Assembly (NCBI GenBank): GCA_049903315.1
Contig: JBNGBT010000001.1
Coordinates: 256,001 to 320,000, forward strand
Direction of reading: 5' to 3'
Length of the DNA stretch: 64,000 bases
Source: Candidatus Cloacimonadota bacterium
GTDB lineage: Bacteria; Cloacimonadota; Cloacimonadia; JGIOTU-2
Position numbers and translations under genes: made by a program. Below, piece after piece: positions 39,648 through 49,084 of the stretch. Positions within the stretch are counted from its first letter, which is position 1. Every line of letters begins with the position of its first letter. The notes under the pieces are model-generated. The model did no database searches. It saw nothing but the letters and a program-made list of their open reading frames with translations, and was not told where the DNA came from.

Positions 39648-40214
39648 ATGTATTTAAAAAGAAAATATTGTAATGTTGTTTTTTCATTTATCAGTCTTTG
39701 CTTTTTCCTGTTAATAATATTTGGATGCACAGCAAAGACGGAAGGAGGTAAAGATATGGCTATGATACTTACAAGTACTGCTTTTACAGAAGGGAGTATG
39801 ATACCCGGAGATTATGGTTGTAAAGGGAGAAATATTTCACCTCCTCTGGCATGGACAGGCACTCCGGAAGGAACGAAGAGCTTCGCACTAATCTGTAACG
39901 ATCCCGATGCTTCTGCGGGTGATTGGGTACATTGGGTAATATACAATATCCCAGCAACTATTCATGAACTCAAAGAAAATATTCCCACTGATAAAATTCT
40001 GGAGAATGGTGCAGTACAGGGCATCAATGATTTTCGAAAATATGGCTATGGAGGACCTTGCCCTCCCAGTAGTGTTCATCGCTATTTTTTTAGGATTTAT
40101 GCATTGGACACAGAACTTACCTCAGGGCCTGGGCTTACAAAAAAAGAACTACTTAAGGCAATGAAAGGTCATGTGCTCGGACAAGGACAACTTATGGGAA
40201 AGTATAGTCGTTAA
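39648..40214 (+). CDS. YbhB/YbcL family Raf-kinase-inhibitor-like (PEBP) protein
   Basis: LTSTAF, NISPPLAW, DPDA..WVHWVIYNIP, YGGPCPP..HRYFFRIYALD. Alternative start at 39756. Confidence 0.92.
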   Translation: MYLKRKYCNVVFSFISLCFFLLIIFGCTAKTEGGKDMAMILTSTAFTEGSMIPGDYGCKGRNISPPLAWTGTPEGTKSFALICNDPDASAGDWVHWVIYNIPATIHELKENIPTDKILENGAVQGINDFRKYGYGGPCPPSSVHRYFFRIYALDTELTSGPGLTKKELLKAMKGHVLGQGQLMGKYSR

Positions 40215-40334
40215 GCATTCGAGCTATATATAAATAATTTGACAGAGCAACAACGTACTGATAATGAATTTTATTCATATTATACATGCTATCAAATTTT
40301 AACTGGAGAATTACATGAAGGTAATTAATTGCTC

Positions 40335-40838
40335 ATGTTCAAGAGTTTTGTTTCAATTATCCTACTAGTGTACATGTCGATTTTAATGACTTCTTGTTCC
40401 AAAAAAACTGGAAATGATTCAACAGATTCGACCTTTTACACAGTTAATGTAGCCTATAATGCAACATCCCCGGACGTCTGTACTTATTATGGTGCAGGTG
40501 AAGCTACTTTTTACGATTACGGGGATCATGGAAAGATAGAAGGTTCTGTGACCGTTGGCGGGGCTACATTTGATGCTGAATTTGAAGGGACTATTACAGG
40601 AAATTCCTTCACTGTTACGACCACCACTTTTCAGGTCCAATACGAATTCAATGGAGTAATCTATACAGAAACTATCACAATAGACTTCAATGCTTTCAGT
40701 ATCCTAGGGGATGAGGTAACTGCCACTGGAGATTACGTCACAGTGACAACTCCAGGAAATACGACTGAATCGGGTACAGTTACATTCGTTGCAACAAAAA
40801 CAATAGATCTCGAAAGTAATTCTATAACGGATTTGTAG
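40335..40838 (+). CDS. Thr-rich hypothetical lipoprotein (start uncertain)
   Basis: Hydrophobic stretch and lipobox LMTS-C. The best SD+ATG (40315) is out of frame. Confidence 0.6.
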   Translation: MFKSFVSIILLVYMSILMTSCSKKTGNDSTDSTFYTVNVAYNATSPDVCTYYGAGEATFYDYGDHGKIEGSVTVGGATFDAEFEGTITGNSFTVTTTTFQVQYEFNGVIYTETITIDFNAFSILGDEVTATGDYVTVTTPGNTTESGTVTFVATKTIDLESNSITDL

Positions 40839-40939
40839 AAGCTTATAAACATCAGGTTTGGCGTGGCTATGTTGTAAGTATGGATCTTTGTTAATAATAG
40901 AAAAATTGACACATAAGCAAACCAAAATACGTTCATTTT

Positions 40940-41671
40940 ATGATAGCTTTGCGTAACAACTTGATAGTAATATTATGTTTATTATTTATGATTTCGATGC
41001 AAAGGAATCTTATGGCAGAACAAAAATGGTATAAACCAGTAAATCTTGGGTGTCACTATTTGAATTTTATAGCTGAGGAAAACATTTCTTCTGAAGATGT
41101 TGCACGGTATTTTCATTCTAAAGGGGATCATATTCTAACCCCGATGTTTGAACAGGAACTTAACAGTCTGGTTGAGGAGTGGAGAAAGCATGATGATGGC
41201 AGTATTTCCCCTGAGTTTCAAAATGATCCGTACTTTATCCCAAACAATGAATATTTGGTTGAGTATGCTATCGGAGGATTTTCCGAGGATTCTGTGAATG
41301 TCATGTTTTTCTTCAGGTACGGTGCTTCTCGCTGGCATCATTACAATGCACTTCTCAAAAATCTCATAATACCTCGGAGTAGTGTAGTAGATAGTATTTT
41401 TAATATGATCTATTATGATGACCTTTACACTACAAGCTATAAAGGGATCGGCTACGGTTCTTCTGAATCGAACATGGAAACAGCACTGGGAACGGGCTAC
41501 TATGAATATATCGGGCAGAGTATTCAACTGAAGAATGTCTTCTATAAACAGGAAAATATGGAGATTTGCCTTCAAGATGGAATAGTGAAATACGTCAAAG
41601 AAGGCAGACCTTCTTGGATGGAATCTGAAAATATTCAGAAGCACAAAGAGAATGACTCGTCAAAAAAATAA
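40940..41671 (+). CDS. Hypothetical exported protein
   Basis: 243-aa ORF with N-terminal signal-like segment; TTGACA at 40906. Confidence 0.65.
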   Translation: MIALRNNLIVILCLLFMISMQRNLMAEQKWYKPVNLGCHYLNFIAEENISSEDVARYFHSKGDHILTPMFEQELNSLVEEWRKHDDGSISPEFQNDPYFIPNNEYLVEYAIGGFSEDSVNVMFFFRYGASRWHHYNALLKNLIIPRSSVVDSIFNMIYYDDLYTTSYKGIGYGSSESNMETALGTGYYEYIGQSIQLKNVFYKQENMEICLQDGIVKYVKEGRPSWMESENIQKHKENDSSKK

Positions 41672-42041
41672 CAATACACACTGTCATCTGTTGGCAGATG
41701 AAAAAATTTCAAAAACGGATCTCCTCGATTCTCTCGATGTTGTGGAAGTGATTGAGCAGGATTCACATTTCACACGGAAAATCCTCAGGTGCAAAGAGTG
41801 TGGTCAACTCTTCCTATATCAATTTTATGAACAGGTTGATTGGGAAGGGGGTAATGATCCACAATATTACCTCTGGATTCCGGTTAAGAATATTCCTCAG
41901 GCAAAAAAACTCAACAAGAAATCTGCGCTTGAATTACGAACGTTACCAGGTATACGAATAGATTTTTCAAAAGAGATGACAAGACCGACAGAACCTTATT
42001 TATTTCCAAAAGATAAAACCAAACAGGATAACAACAAATGA
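41652..42041 (+). CDS. Hypothetical protein with CxxC motif
   Basis: RCKECGQLF..DWEGGNDPQY; overlaps both neighbouring genes. Confidence 0.65.
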   Translation: MTRQKNNNTHCHLLADEKISKTDLLDSLDVVEVIEQDSHFTRKILRCKECGQLFLYQFYEQVDWEGGNDPQYYLWIPVKNIPQAKKLNKKSALELRTLPGIRIDFSKEMTRPTEPYLFPKDKTKQDNNK

Positions 42042-43342
42042 TACCTTATACTGCATGGATACAATTATTCGTACTTACGTTAAAATTATTTCCTTCATTC
42101 AATGAGACTGATGACATACAGGTAATGACCTCGTGGAAGAGCCTGGAAAGTTTTGGTATGTATGCAAAAGACCAGGCAATGCAGGTTGAGTTTATCTCAA
42201 GTGAACATAATACACCGCTTTTAGCTTATTTGCTTATTCCCTGGGAGAATATTTCGATATCCGGCAACAACGTCGATATTTCATCCATGCTTGGTTTGCC
42301 GGATCTGCTTTGTGTGACGCCATTTGCAATACTGCAAGAGCGTTGTACACCAGATTCTGGAGAAGGAGATGTTGTCCTCAAGGAAAAGATCACTACTTTT
42401 GTCGAGGAGTTATTCAATATCGATGCAAATTCAAAACTATTGGTGTATGAGGATGGCTTTTCTCTTGGGAATCAGTATCAGGCCATATCAATGAGGAGGT
42501 TTCCTTATTTAGTGGATCTAAGTATAGCAATACCCGGAAGTGCCCATCTTGATCCAGATTTTTTTAAAAATGAGTATAGCAATACAATGATATTTGTATC
42601 CATGGTTCCGGATAGAGGTAATGTTCTTGCATCATGGATTAAAGGAGGTGATGCCGGTGAATTAACAGCAGTTATTTCTTTTCAGGATGAGTTAATACAG
42701 AAGCTTGAAGGATTTATTACTTCCGCAAGTTCAATTAAGAAAGTTGAAGAGAGGATTGAATTCTATGTGAAGTATAAAGCTGGACTTCTCGATTATCTTA
42801 GTTTAGAAGGAATGGATACAGCGATCAAAAATTTTTACTGTGATTTTCTGAGAAGATTATTAGCAGTTCCAGACGAACCGGTTAGAGAAATACAAATAGA
42901 TCCTGTTTTCGGGAATTACCAACCAAAGAAAACTCCTGATGTGGTCACTGATTATATGCCTGAGATTAAGGAAGATATTGAGAAAATCCCCAAAGCAGAA
43001 CTTGAAAATCTATTTGACCTGCTAGAACTTTTTGAGGGTTATAAAACCAGAGCGGAACAGAATCCCGGAAAAACGTTTGAAGGCAATGTCCTTTTAGGTG
43101 GATTGCCCGAAGAATATCAACCTTCAAAGGAAGAACTCCTGCTTGCAGAAATCGGTGAACGAATCAGGAAGATAAACGATACGTATTCAGATGAAGATAT
43201 CGAAGAATATTGCGATGAACACGGACTAAATTATAGAGCATTGGAATATGTAAAGTTCACCTTTATTCACTACGATGTGATGGGTTCGGGACGGTTCTTT
43301 TATGTGAACAGCAGGGATTCTGTAAGGTTCACATTACCATAG
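42038..43342 (+). CDS. Hypothetical protein
   Basis: 434-aa ORF, 4-nt overlap with the upstream gene; no motif recognised. Confidence 0.65.
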   Translation: MIPYTAWIQLFVLTLKLFPSFNETDDIQVMTSWKSLESFGMYAKDQAMQVEFISSEHNTPLLAYLLIPWENISISGNNVDISSMLGLPDLLCVTPFAILQERCTPDSGEGDVVLKEKITTFVEELFNIDANSKLLVYEDGFSLGNQYQAISMRRFPYLVDLSIAIPGSAHLDPDFFKNEYSNTMIFVSMVPDRGNVLASWIKGGDAGELTAVISFQDELIQKLEGFITSASSIKKVEERIEFYVKYKAGLLDYLSLEGMDTAIKNFYCDFLRRLLAVPDEPVREIQIDPVFGNYQPKKTPDVVTDYMPEIKEDIEKIPKAELENLFDLLELFEGYKTRAEQNPGKTFEGNVLLGGLPEEYQPSKEELLLAEIGERIRKINDTYSDEDIEEYCDEHGLNYRALEYVKFTFIHYDVMGSGRFFYVNSRDSVRFTLP

Positions 43343-43349
43343 TATAATT

Positions 43350-43562
43350 ATGAAACACTTTTTATTTGCACTTAATCTGGGTGGCATTCTTATTTCGGGA
43401 GGATTCTTTATATATTGTATTATAAATATCATTCTCCATACTGAAAATTTTTCACAATGGTTGATAAAATGTGGCATTTTTCTAGTGATAACAGGTTTGC
43501 TCATTCTGCTTCATTTTGTGCGGAAAGCGCATTACCCGTGCCCGGGCATAGACTATAAATAA
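43350..43562 (+). CDS. Small two-TM membrane protein
   Basis: Two hydrophobic segments; fits tightly between neighbours. Confidence 0.55.
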   Translation: MKHFLFALNLGGILISGGFFIYCIINIILHTENFSQWLIKCGIFLVITGLLILLHFVRKAHYPCPGIDYK

Positions 43563-43568
43563 ATTATT

Positions 43569-43862
43569 ATGATAAAAAAAGAAGAGATCGAAGCCATCAT
43601 CAGAAGCCAGATTGAATCACTCGAAAGGCTTGGTGAGCAGGGGAGTTCAAGTGGTCATATGAGTAATGTTTCCTGTGAATTGAATGATTTCTCAACAAAT
43701 GAGACAGAAGATGGTTTGATTCACATTGCATATTCATACACAACATATGTTGAAACAGAATTTACTTACTATCCGGATAATCCACCTTATGAGTATACGC
43801 ACAAACGCATTATGGTCATCAATAAAGAACGATCGATAATCTCTGATGAAGATACTATATGA
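43569..43862 (+). CDS. Hypothetical protein
   Basis: 97-aa acidic ORF containing ETEFTYYPDNPPYE. Confidence 0.6.
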   Translation: MIKKEEIEAIIRSQIESLERLGEQGSSSGHMSNVSCELNDFSTNETEDGLIHIAYSYTTYVETEFTYYPDNPPYEYTHKRIMVINKERSIISDEDTI

Positions 43863-44051
43863 TTCAAATCAATATTATAGGGGGGTAAATTCCCATATTA
43901 ATTGACAGTAAATCCATTCTATTCCGAATTCTTTGTAGATGTTCTTCGATTTAATGAAAAATATCTATGGTCAATGGGCATTCCACCACAAAAAATGCTC
44001 AATTCCGGTTTCTCTTACACCGTGAATTAAAAACATGAAAAGGAACACTGT

Positions 44052-44876
44052 ATGAAAATCCATTTTCTCTATTACACCTCTACTGGGAACACCCTTTGGT
44101 TGGCAACAAAAGCGAAAGAATACTTTGAAGAAAAAGGGCATGAGGTTCAGTTATACGAAATTCTGAAGGACAGCGAAGCCTTTGATAAGGAGGAATGTGA
44201 TCTTAAGGGGATTTTTTACCCTGTCTGGGGTTCTGATCCGCCAGATCCCATGATGGAATACCGAAAGAAAATGCCGGATGGCAACGGACAGAAGATATTT
44301 CTCGTAGGTAACTGCTGTGCTTTTTCAGGTGATACGGGAATGCGATGGAAACGCGTTTTGAAAAAGAAAGGCTACGATGTGATCTTTGGGGATCATGTAA
44401 TCATGCCAACTAATTTCAATATGCCCTGGATGCCGTGGAATGTTTGGAAAAGAGTTCCCGAAGGTGAAAAGTTACAAAAAATACTCGATAAAGCTCTTAC
44501 CAAACTTCATGGTTTTTGCGAATCTATCATAAATGAAACTCGAAAAGTTGATGGCAAAGGTCCTTTTAACCTTCTTGAAGGAGTTTCTCAAAGAAGTATT
44601 GTGTGGACTGAAGCATGGTGGAAAAATCATTATTCCGTGAGTGAAGAACTCTGCATTAAATGTGGTTTGTGCACGAGGATTTGCCCCACAGGCAATATCA
44701 CGAAAACAGAAGAAGGTAAGATCATATTTGGTGATGACTGCATCATGTGTGTGAAATGCTATAATCATTGTCCAAAGAATGCAGTACTGATCTTCAAGAA
44801 AAGCATAAATACAAAAAAATATCCACGATATAAAGGACCAAGTAAAGAGATACGTCCGGTGCAGTATCGGAAGTAA
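44052..44876 (+). CDS. EFR1-family flavodoxin-ferredoxin fusion
   Basis: YYTSTGNT flavodoxin-like start; CIKCGLCTRICP and CIMCVKCYNHCP 4Fe-4S motifs. Confidence 0.9.
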   Translation: MKIHFLYYTSTGNTLWLATKAKEYFEEKGHEVQLYEILKDSEAFDKEECDLKGIFYPVWGSDPPDPMMEYRKKMPDGNGQKIFLVGNCCAFSGDTGMRWKRVLKKKGYDVIFGDHVIMPTNFNMPWMPWNVWKRVPEGEKLQKILDKALTKLHGFCESIINETRKVDGKGPFNLLEGVSQRSIVWTEAWWKNHYSVSEELCIKCGLCTRICPTGNITKTEEGKIIFGDDCIMCVKCYNHCPKNAVLIFKKSINTKKYPRYKGPSKEIRPVQYRK

Positions 44877-44889
44877 AAAATAACGCTGA

Positions 44890-44917
44890 CTCATTCCTAA
44901 GCTTCAGCTTGGAAATG
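44890..44917. repeat. Solo REP-like palindrome related to the 13916 element
   Basis: ctcattcctaagcttcagcttggaaatg, an imperfect hairpin whose ends resemble ctcgttcc..tgggaacg. Confidence 0.55.
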
Positions 44918-44927
44918 TGCAAATAGC

Positions 44928-45641
44928 ATGAATCAAATAAAAGAAATAATTATTTACTCACTGTTTGCAGGGATCACCATTTTTCTCGGTGGATTGCTTG
45001 CAAGAACAGCTGAAAGATGTCTGCATAAAGAGATCAAAGCATATATTCTTCATTGGACTATTGCATTCGGAGGTGGAATACTTGCTGCAGCTGTTGCTTT
45101 TGTTCTCACTCCAAAAGCCATTGAAACGTTCTCAGTAATGGTAATGGCATTAATTTTTGCTGCTGGAGCCATCACCTTTTTCTTGCTGGATCGAAGTATT
45201 GCAAAGAGAAAGGGTGTCCTGGCACAAACCATGGCAATGATGATGGACTTCATCCCGGAAGCAATTGCATTAGGCGCAACGTTCATTCATAATCATAGAT
45301 TGGGGATGTTGCTGGCTTTCTTTATCGGTATACAGAATTTACCGGAATCCTTTAATGCATATTTTGATCTGAGGAAAAGCAATCAATCACCAAAACAAGT
45401 TTTGTCCATATTCTTTCTTCTCAGTTTTCTCGGAGTCTTTGCCGCTCTTGCAGGAAGATTCTTGCTGATAAATCATGAGAAACTGACACAGGGGATCATG
45501 CTCTTTGCTGCTGGCGGCATACTATATTTGATATTTCAGGACATTGCTCCACTCTCAAAAGCAGAAAAACGCTGGGAACCTGCACTGGGGGCAATGCTTG
45601 GCTTTCTTCTTGGTATGATAGGCACTAAATTATTGGGATGA
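44928..45641 (+). CDS. ZIP-family divalent metal transporter
   Basis: AFGGGIL, DFIPEAIALG, IGIQNLPE, FAAGGILY; multi-TM. Confidence 0.85.
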   Translation: MNQIKEIIIYSLFAGITIFLGGLLARTAERCLHKEIKAYILHWTIAFGGGILAAAVAFVLTPKAIETFSVMVMALIFAAGAITFFLLDRSIAKRKGVLAQTMAMMMDFIPEAIALGATFIHNHRLGMLLAFFIGIQNLPESFNAYFDLRKSNQSPKQVLSIFFLLSFLGVFAALAGRFLLINHEKLTQGIMLFAAGGILYLIFQDIAPLSKAEKRWEPALGAMLGFLLGMIGTKLLG

Positions 45642-45645
45642 TTCC

Positions 45646-46083
45646 ATGCTTAATGAATCTATAATTGACGGAAAAATATTTCAATGTGAACTCATCGTAC
45701 CTGATGATGCAATCGATCAGAATGGACATGTGAATAACGTTGTGTACGTACAGTGGATGCAGGATGTGGCAGTCCGTCATTCGGAGTTGTGTGGAGGAAC
45801 CTCTGCTATGGAAAATGCTGGGGCGACCTGGGTCGTTCGCTCACACACGATCAACTATTTGAGTCCCGCATTTGAAGGTGATCGTATAGAAGCATTTACG
45901 TGGGTGGTGGATTTTCAAAGAATAAGATCCATACGGCGCTATAAATTTGTCAGGGTGTCTGATGGGAAGATTTGTGCAAAAGGTCAGACTGATTGGGTTT
46001 TTGTCAATGCTGAAAATGGACGACCCCGCACCATACCGGAAGAGGTGAAAGTTTGTTTTTCTCCCGCACCGGATTTTGAATAA
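45646..46083 (+). CDS. Acyl-CoA thioesterase (4HBT/YbgC hot-dog fold)
   Basis: IDQNGHVNNVVYVQWMQD, VVRSHTINY.SPAF.GD. Confidence 0.9.
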   Translation: MLNESIIDGKIFQCELIVPDDAIDQNGHVNNVVYVQWMQDVAVRHSELCGGTSAMENAGATWVVRSHTINYLSPAFEGDRIEAFTWVVDFQRIRSIRRYKFVRVSDGKICAKGQTDWVFVNAENGRPRTIPEEVKVCFSPAPDFE

Positions 46084-46120
46084 AATAAGTTTTAACTGTA
46101 AAAATTTCTGGAGTAATCAA

Positions 46121-47407
46121 ATGCGCAATATATATTTAAAATTCCCGATATTAGTAATACTATATTTATTTATTTTACTCATTTTCTCACAAAGTCTCAT
46201 TGCCTTGAATATCGTGTTCGAGGATTATCAATATTCCTTTCAATTGCTCAGAACAATAGGATATAGCTGCACTGGAGGTGCTGATATTGGAGAATGTTTG
46301 AGTACGGCTTACAAGATAAAAGAAGCAGATAATGAAAGCTGGTACAAAGAGTGGATATACACTGCAAAACAGCTCGAGAAAACAGCGGATAAATTCAGAA
46401 AAAACGGGCACAATGTGAGTGCTCGGGAAACATATTTCCGCGCATCAAATTATTATAGGACAGCTCCATTCTTTCTCAATAAAATTCCTCTGGATGAACG
46501 GATAGTTACATCTCTACGAAAGAGCAGAGAATGCTTTCAAAAGGGTGCTGAACTTTTTCAACATCCCATAAGCTTCGTGAAGATCCCCTTTGAAGAAACC
46601 ACATTACCCGCATATCTCCTCTTAGTTGATGATTCGCCAACTAAAAGACCACTACTGATCGTACATAGCGGATTTGACGGAACAGCCGAGGAATTGTACT
46701 TTGAGATCGGTAAACTCGCAGTGGAGCGGGGATACAATTGTCTTCTCTTTGAAGGACCCGGGCAGGGAGCAGTGGTGTATGAACAACACATTCCTTTTCG
46801 TCCTGACTGGGAGAGTGTTGTTACTCCAGTAGTGGACTATGTACTTACATTACCTCAGGTTGATCCGGAACGCATTGGATTAATGGGAATTAGCTTTGGC
46901 GGGTACTTTGCACCTCGCGCTGCTGCGTATGAACACCGTCTTAAAATATGTGTGGCTAATGGAGGTATATACGATTTCTATGAGAATATGATAAAGAAGT
47001 TCCCGCCGAATACAGAAAAGGTTCTTGATGATCCTGAAGCATCAATGGAATTTGATAAGGAAGTTGCAGAGATAGTGAAACAGAATGTAGAAATAGATTT
47101 CTTTTTTTCCAACGGCATGTATACTTTTGGAGCTAAAATCCCAAGTGATATGCTCCGTATGCTCAAACCCTACAATATGAGAGCCATTGCTGATAAGATA
47201 CAGTGCACGATGCTTGTAGTTGACTCTGAAGCCGACCACGATTTACAGGGACAAGCGAAGGAATTGTACGATGCGCTCAAATGTCCTAAGGAATATATGC
47301 TATTTACTACTGAGGAAGCTGCCGAAGAACATTGCCAGATGGGAGCGGTAATGATCTCGGGTGAGCGAATACTCAACTGGCTTGATGAGCATTTGATGGA
47401 AAAATAA
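46121..47407 (+). CDS. Exported alpha/beta hydrolase (2,6-dihydropseudooxynicotine hydrolase/FrsA-like)
   Basis: GGAG SD with ATG 46121; RASNYYR, GFDGTAEE, FEGPGQG, GISFGG nucleophile, EHCQMG. Confidence 0.85.
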   Translation: MRNIYLKFPILVILYLFILLIFSQSLIALNIVFEDYQYSFQLLRTIGYSCTGGADIGECLSTAYKIKEADNESWYKEWIYTAKQLEKTADKFRKNGHNVSARETYFRASNYYRTAPFFLNKIPLDERIVTSLRKSRECFQKGAELFQHPISFVKIPFEETTLPAYLLLVDDSPTKRPLLIVHSGFDGTAEELYFEIGKLAVERGYNCLLFEGPGQGAVVYEQHIPFRPDWESVVTPVVDYVLTLPQVDPERIGLMGISFGGYFAPRAAAYEHRLKICVANGGIYDFYENMIKKFPPNTEKVLDDPEASMEFDKEVAEIVKQNVEIDFFFSNGMYTFGAKIPSDMLRMLKPYNMRAIADKIQCTMLVVDSEADHDLQGQAKELYDALKCPKEYMLFTTEEAAEEHCQMGAVMISGERILNWLDEHLMEK

Positions 47408-47449
47408 TGTATCCGTGAAAGTCAGCGATATGAAAAAGGAGATATATTT

Positions 47450-48061
47450 ATGAATGAAAAAAATATGACACTCCTTATGATAATAGCATTGTCATATGAA
47501 ATAGCTCTGAAACTGGTCATTGTTTTTATGCCCACAATTGTTCATTCACAAATATTTGCCGTTGTCACAAAGCTGCTTTCTCTTTTTGTTGGAATTGTCA
47601 TCATCCTGTTCATGTTTTTCTTTTATAATAAGGAAAAATCAAATAAAAGGATTCAGACTGTACTGAAAATTCTCATTGCATGTATTATCTTAAGTTTTAT
47701 TTTACGATTACCCGTAACAAGAAATATATTTGGTTATTCAGATGCATTATTCGTAGGTGAAATAGTAGGATTGATTCAAGCGCTTCTCTTGTTAGTGTTA
47801 ATAATATTGTATAAGAAAACGATTCCTTCTCAAGAAAAAGCTCTTAAACAAACAGCAGTTTTTGTAGCAATCATGTTCAGCGTTGGTGTAATAAAGAGTG
47901 GATATGTTCTGATAAACTATTCTGTTTTTATTACCACAGGTGTGACGGCAGATGCATCTCCGATATGGTTTAAAATCTCATTTGTCCTATTTTTACTCAC
48001 CCATATTTCAATAATTTATTTTTTGTGTCGGTATTATCGGTATCAAAACAACAGAGTGTAA
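47450..48061 (+). CDS. Hypothetical multi-pass membrane protein
   Basis: AGGAG SD; about six hydrophobic segments. Confidence 0.7.
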   Translation: MNEKNMTLLMIIALSYEIALKLVIVFMPTIVHSQIFAVVTKLLSLFVGIVIILFMFFFYNKEKSNKRIQTVLKILIACIILSFILRLPVTRNIFGYSDALFVGEIVGLIQALLLLVLIILYKKTIPSQEKALKQTAVFVAIMFSVGVIKSGYVLINYSVFITTGVTADASPIWFKISFVLFLLTHISIIYFLCRYYRYQNNRV

Positions 48062-48145
48062 TTTTTTCAAGAGAGGCATCGTCATTTCTTCAAATTGGGA
48101 ATTTAATTCCCAGATTGTAAATCATGTAATATTCTTTTAGAGAAC

Positions 48146-48532
48146 TTACACAGAAAACTCAAATATATCAGGCAGCAATACAGAAATATTCTTTACGACA
48201 TATTCATCTTCACTTTTCGCAATTATAACTTGAATATCCCTTGTGAATTCTGAAATGACCTGTCTGCAGATACCGCAGGGGAAGGGAAAATTTTCACCTT
48301 CCGCATAGATCGCAAGTGCTTCGAATTCTTTTTCTCCATTTTTCACCGCATCGAATAGTGCGACTCTTTCCGCACATATGCCGGCAGGAAATGATGCATT
48401 CTCGATGTTTGTACCTGTATATATTTTCTCATTTTTCGTGAGCAGCGCAGCTCCTACTTTATATTTTGAATAGGGTGAGTAAGAATACTCAGAAGCTTTT
48501 TGTGCTGCTTTTATAAGTTTTTTTATTTCCAT
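48146..48532 (-). CDS. cdd: Cytidine deaminase
   Basis: YSPYSKYKVGAALL, NIENASF, CAERVA, PCGICRQ. Confidence 0.96.
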   Translation of the reverse strand: MEIKKLIKAAQKASEYSYSPYSKYKVGAALLTKNEKIYTGTNIENASFPAGICAERVALFDAVKNGEKEFEALAIYAEGENFPFPCGICRQVISEFTRDIQVIIAKSEDEYVVKNISVLLPDIFEFSV

Positions 48533-48610
48533 ATTAACTCATTTCAAATTTCATTCAAGAGTAATAAAAATCATCTTACCTTTTCCATGCAAGTTTTTTA
48601 ACCTTGCTCA

Positions 48611-49081
48611 TCAGTAATGGTACTTCTTGTTTTTGAGAATAGTGAATGCACGGTAGAGCTGTTCGAGGAGAATGATCCTCACCATCTGATGGGTGAAAGT
48701 AAGTTGTGAAAGAGAAAGAAGTTCATCAGCTCTGTCTTTGATTTCCGGAGAAAATCCGTAAGGTCCTCCAATCAAAAAATAAAGCGGTTTGTTCTGTGAA
48801 ACGAGAATTCTGTTGAGATGTTGTGCAAAATCTTTGGATGTATGTTGCTTCCCACCTTCATCAAGAGCAATGACATAGCACTGGTCGGGAAGTGTTGTCA
48901 GGATTGCTTTTCCTTCACATTCTTTGATTTTCTCAACGGATTGATTCCTCTTGTATTTTGGAGTGGAAACAGTCTCAATCTTAAGAGAACAAAATCTGGA
49001 GAGTCGCTTTACATATTCATTTTCTGCAAGAGTAATATACTCATCCTTGTTTTTACCAATAGCCAGGATCGTAATGCTCAT
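48611..49081 (-). CDS. rlmH: 23S rRNA (pseudouridine1915-N3)-methyltransferase
   Basis: IALDEGG, FLIGGPYG, SLSQLTFTHQMVRIILLEQLYRAFTI...YH. Confidence 0.96.
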   Translation of the reverse strand: MSITILAIGKNKDEYITLAENEYVKRLSRFCSLKIETVSTPKYKRNQSVEKIKECEGKAILTTLPDQCYVIALDEGGKQHTSKDFAQHLNRILVSQNKPLYFLIGGPYGFSPEIKDRADELLSLSQLTFTHQMVRIILLEQLYRAFTILKNKKYHY

Positions 49082-49084
49082 TAA

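Noticed and set aside
37480..48061. Integron cassette array
   Set aside because: No intI, no recurring RYYYAAC..GTTRRRY attC hairpins; several genes overlap or have their own promoters.
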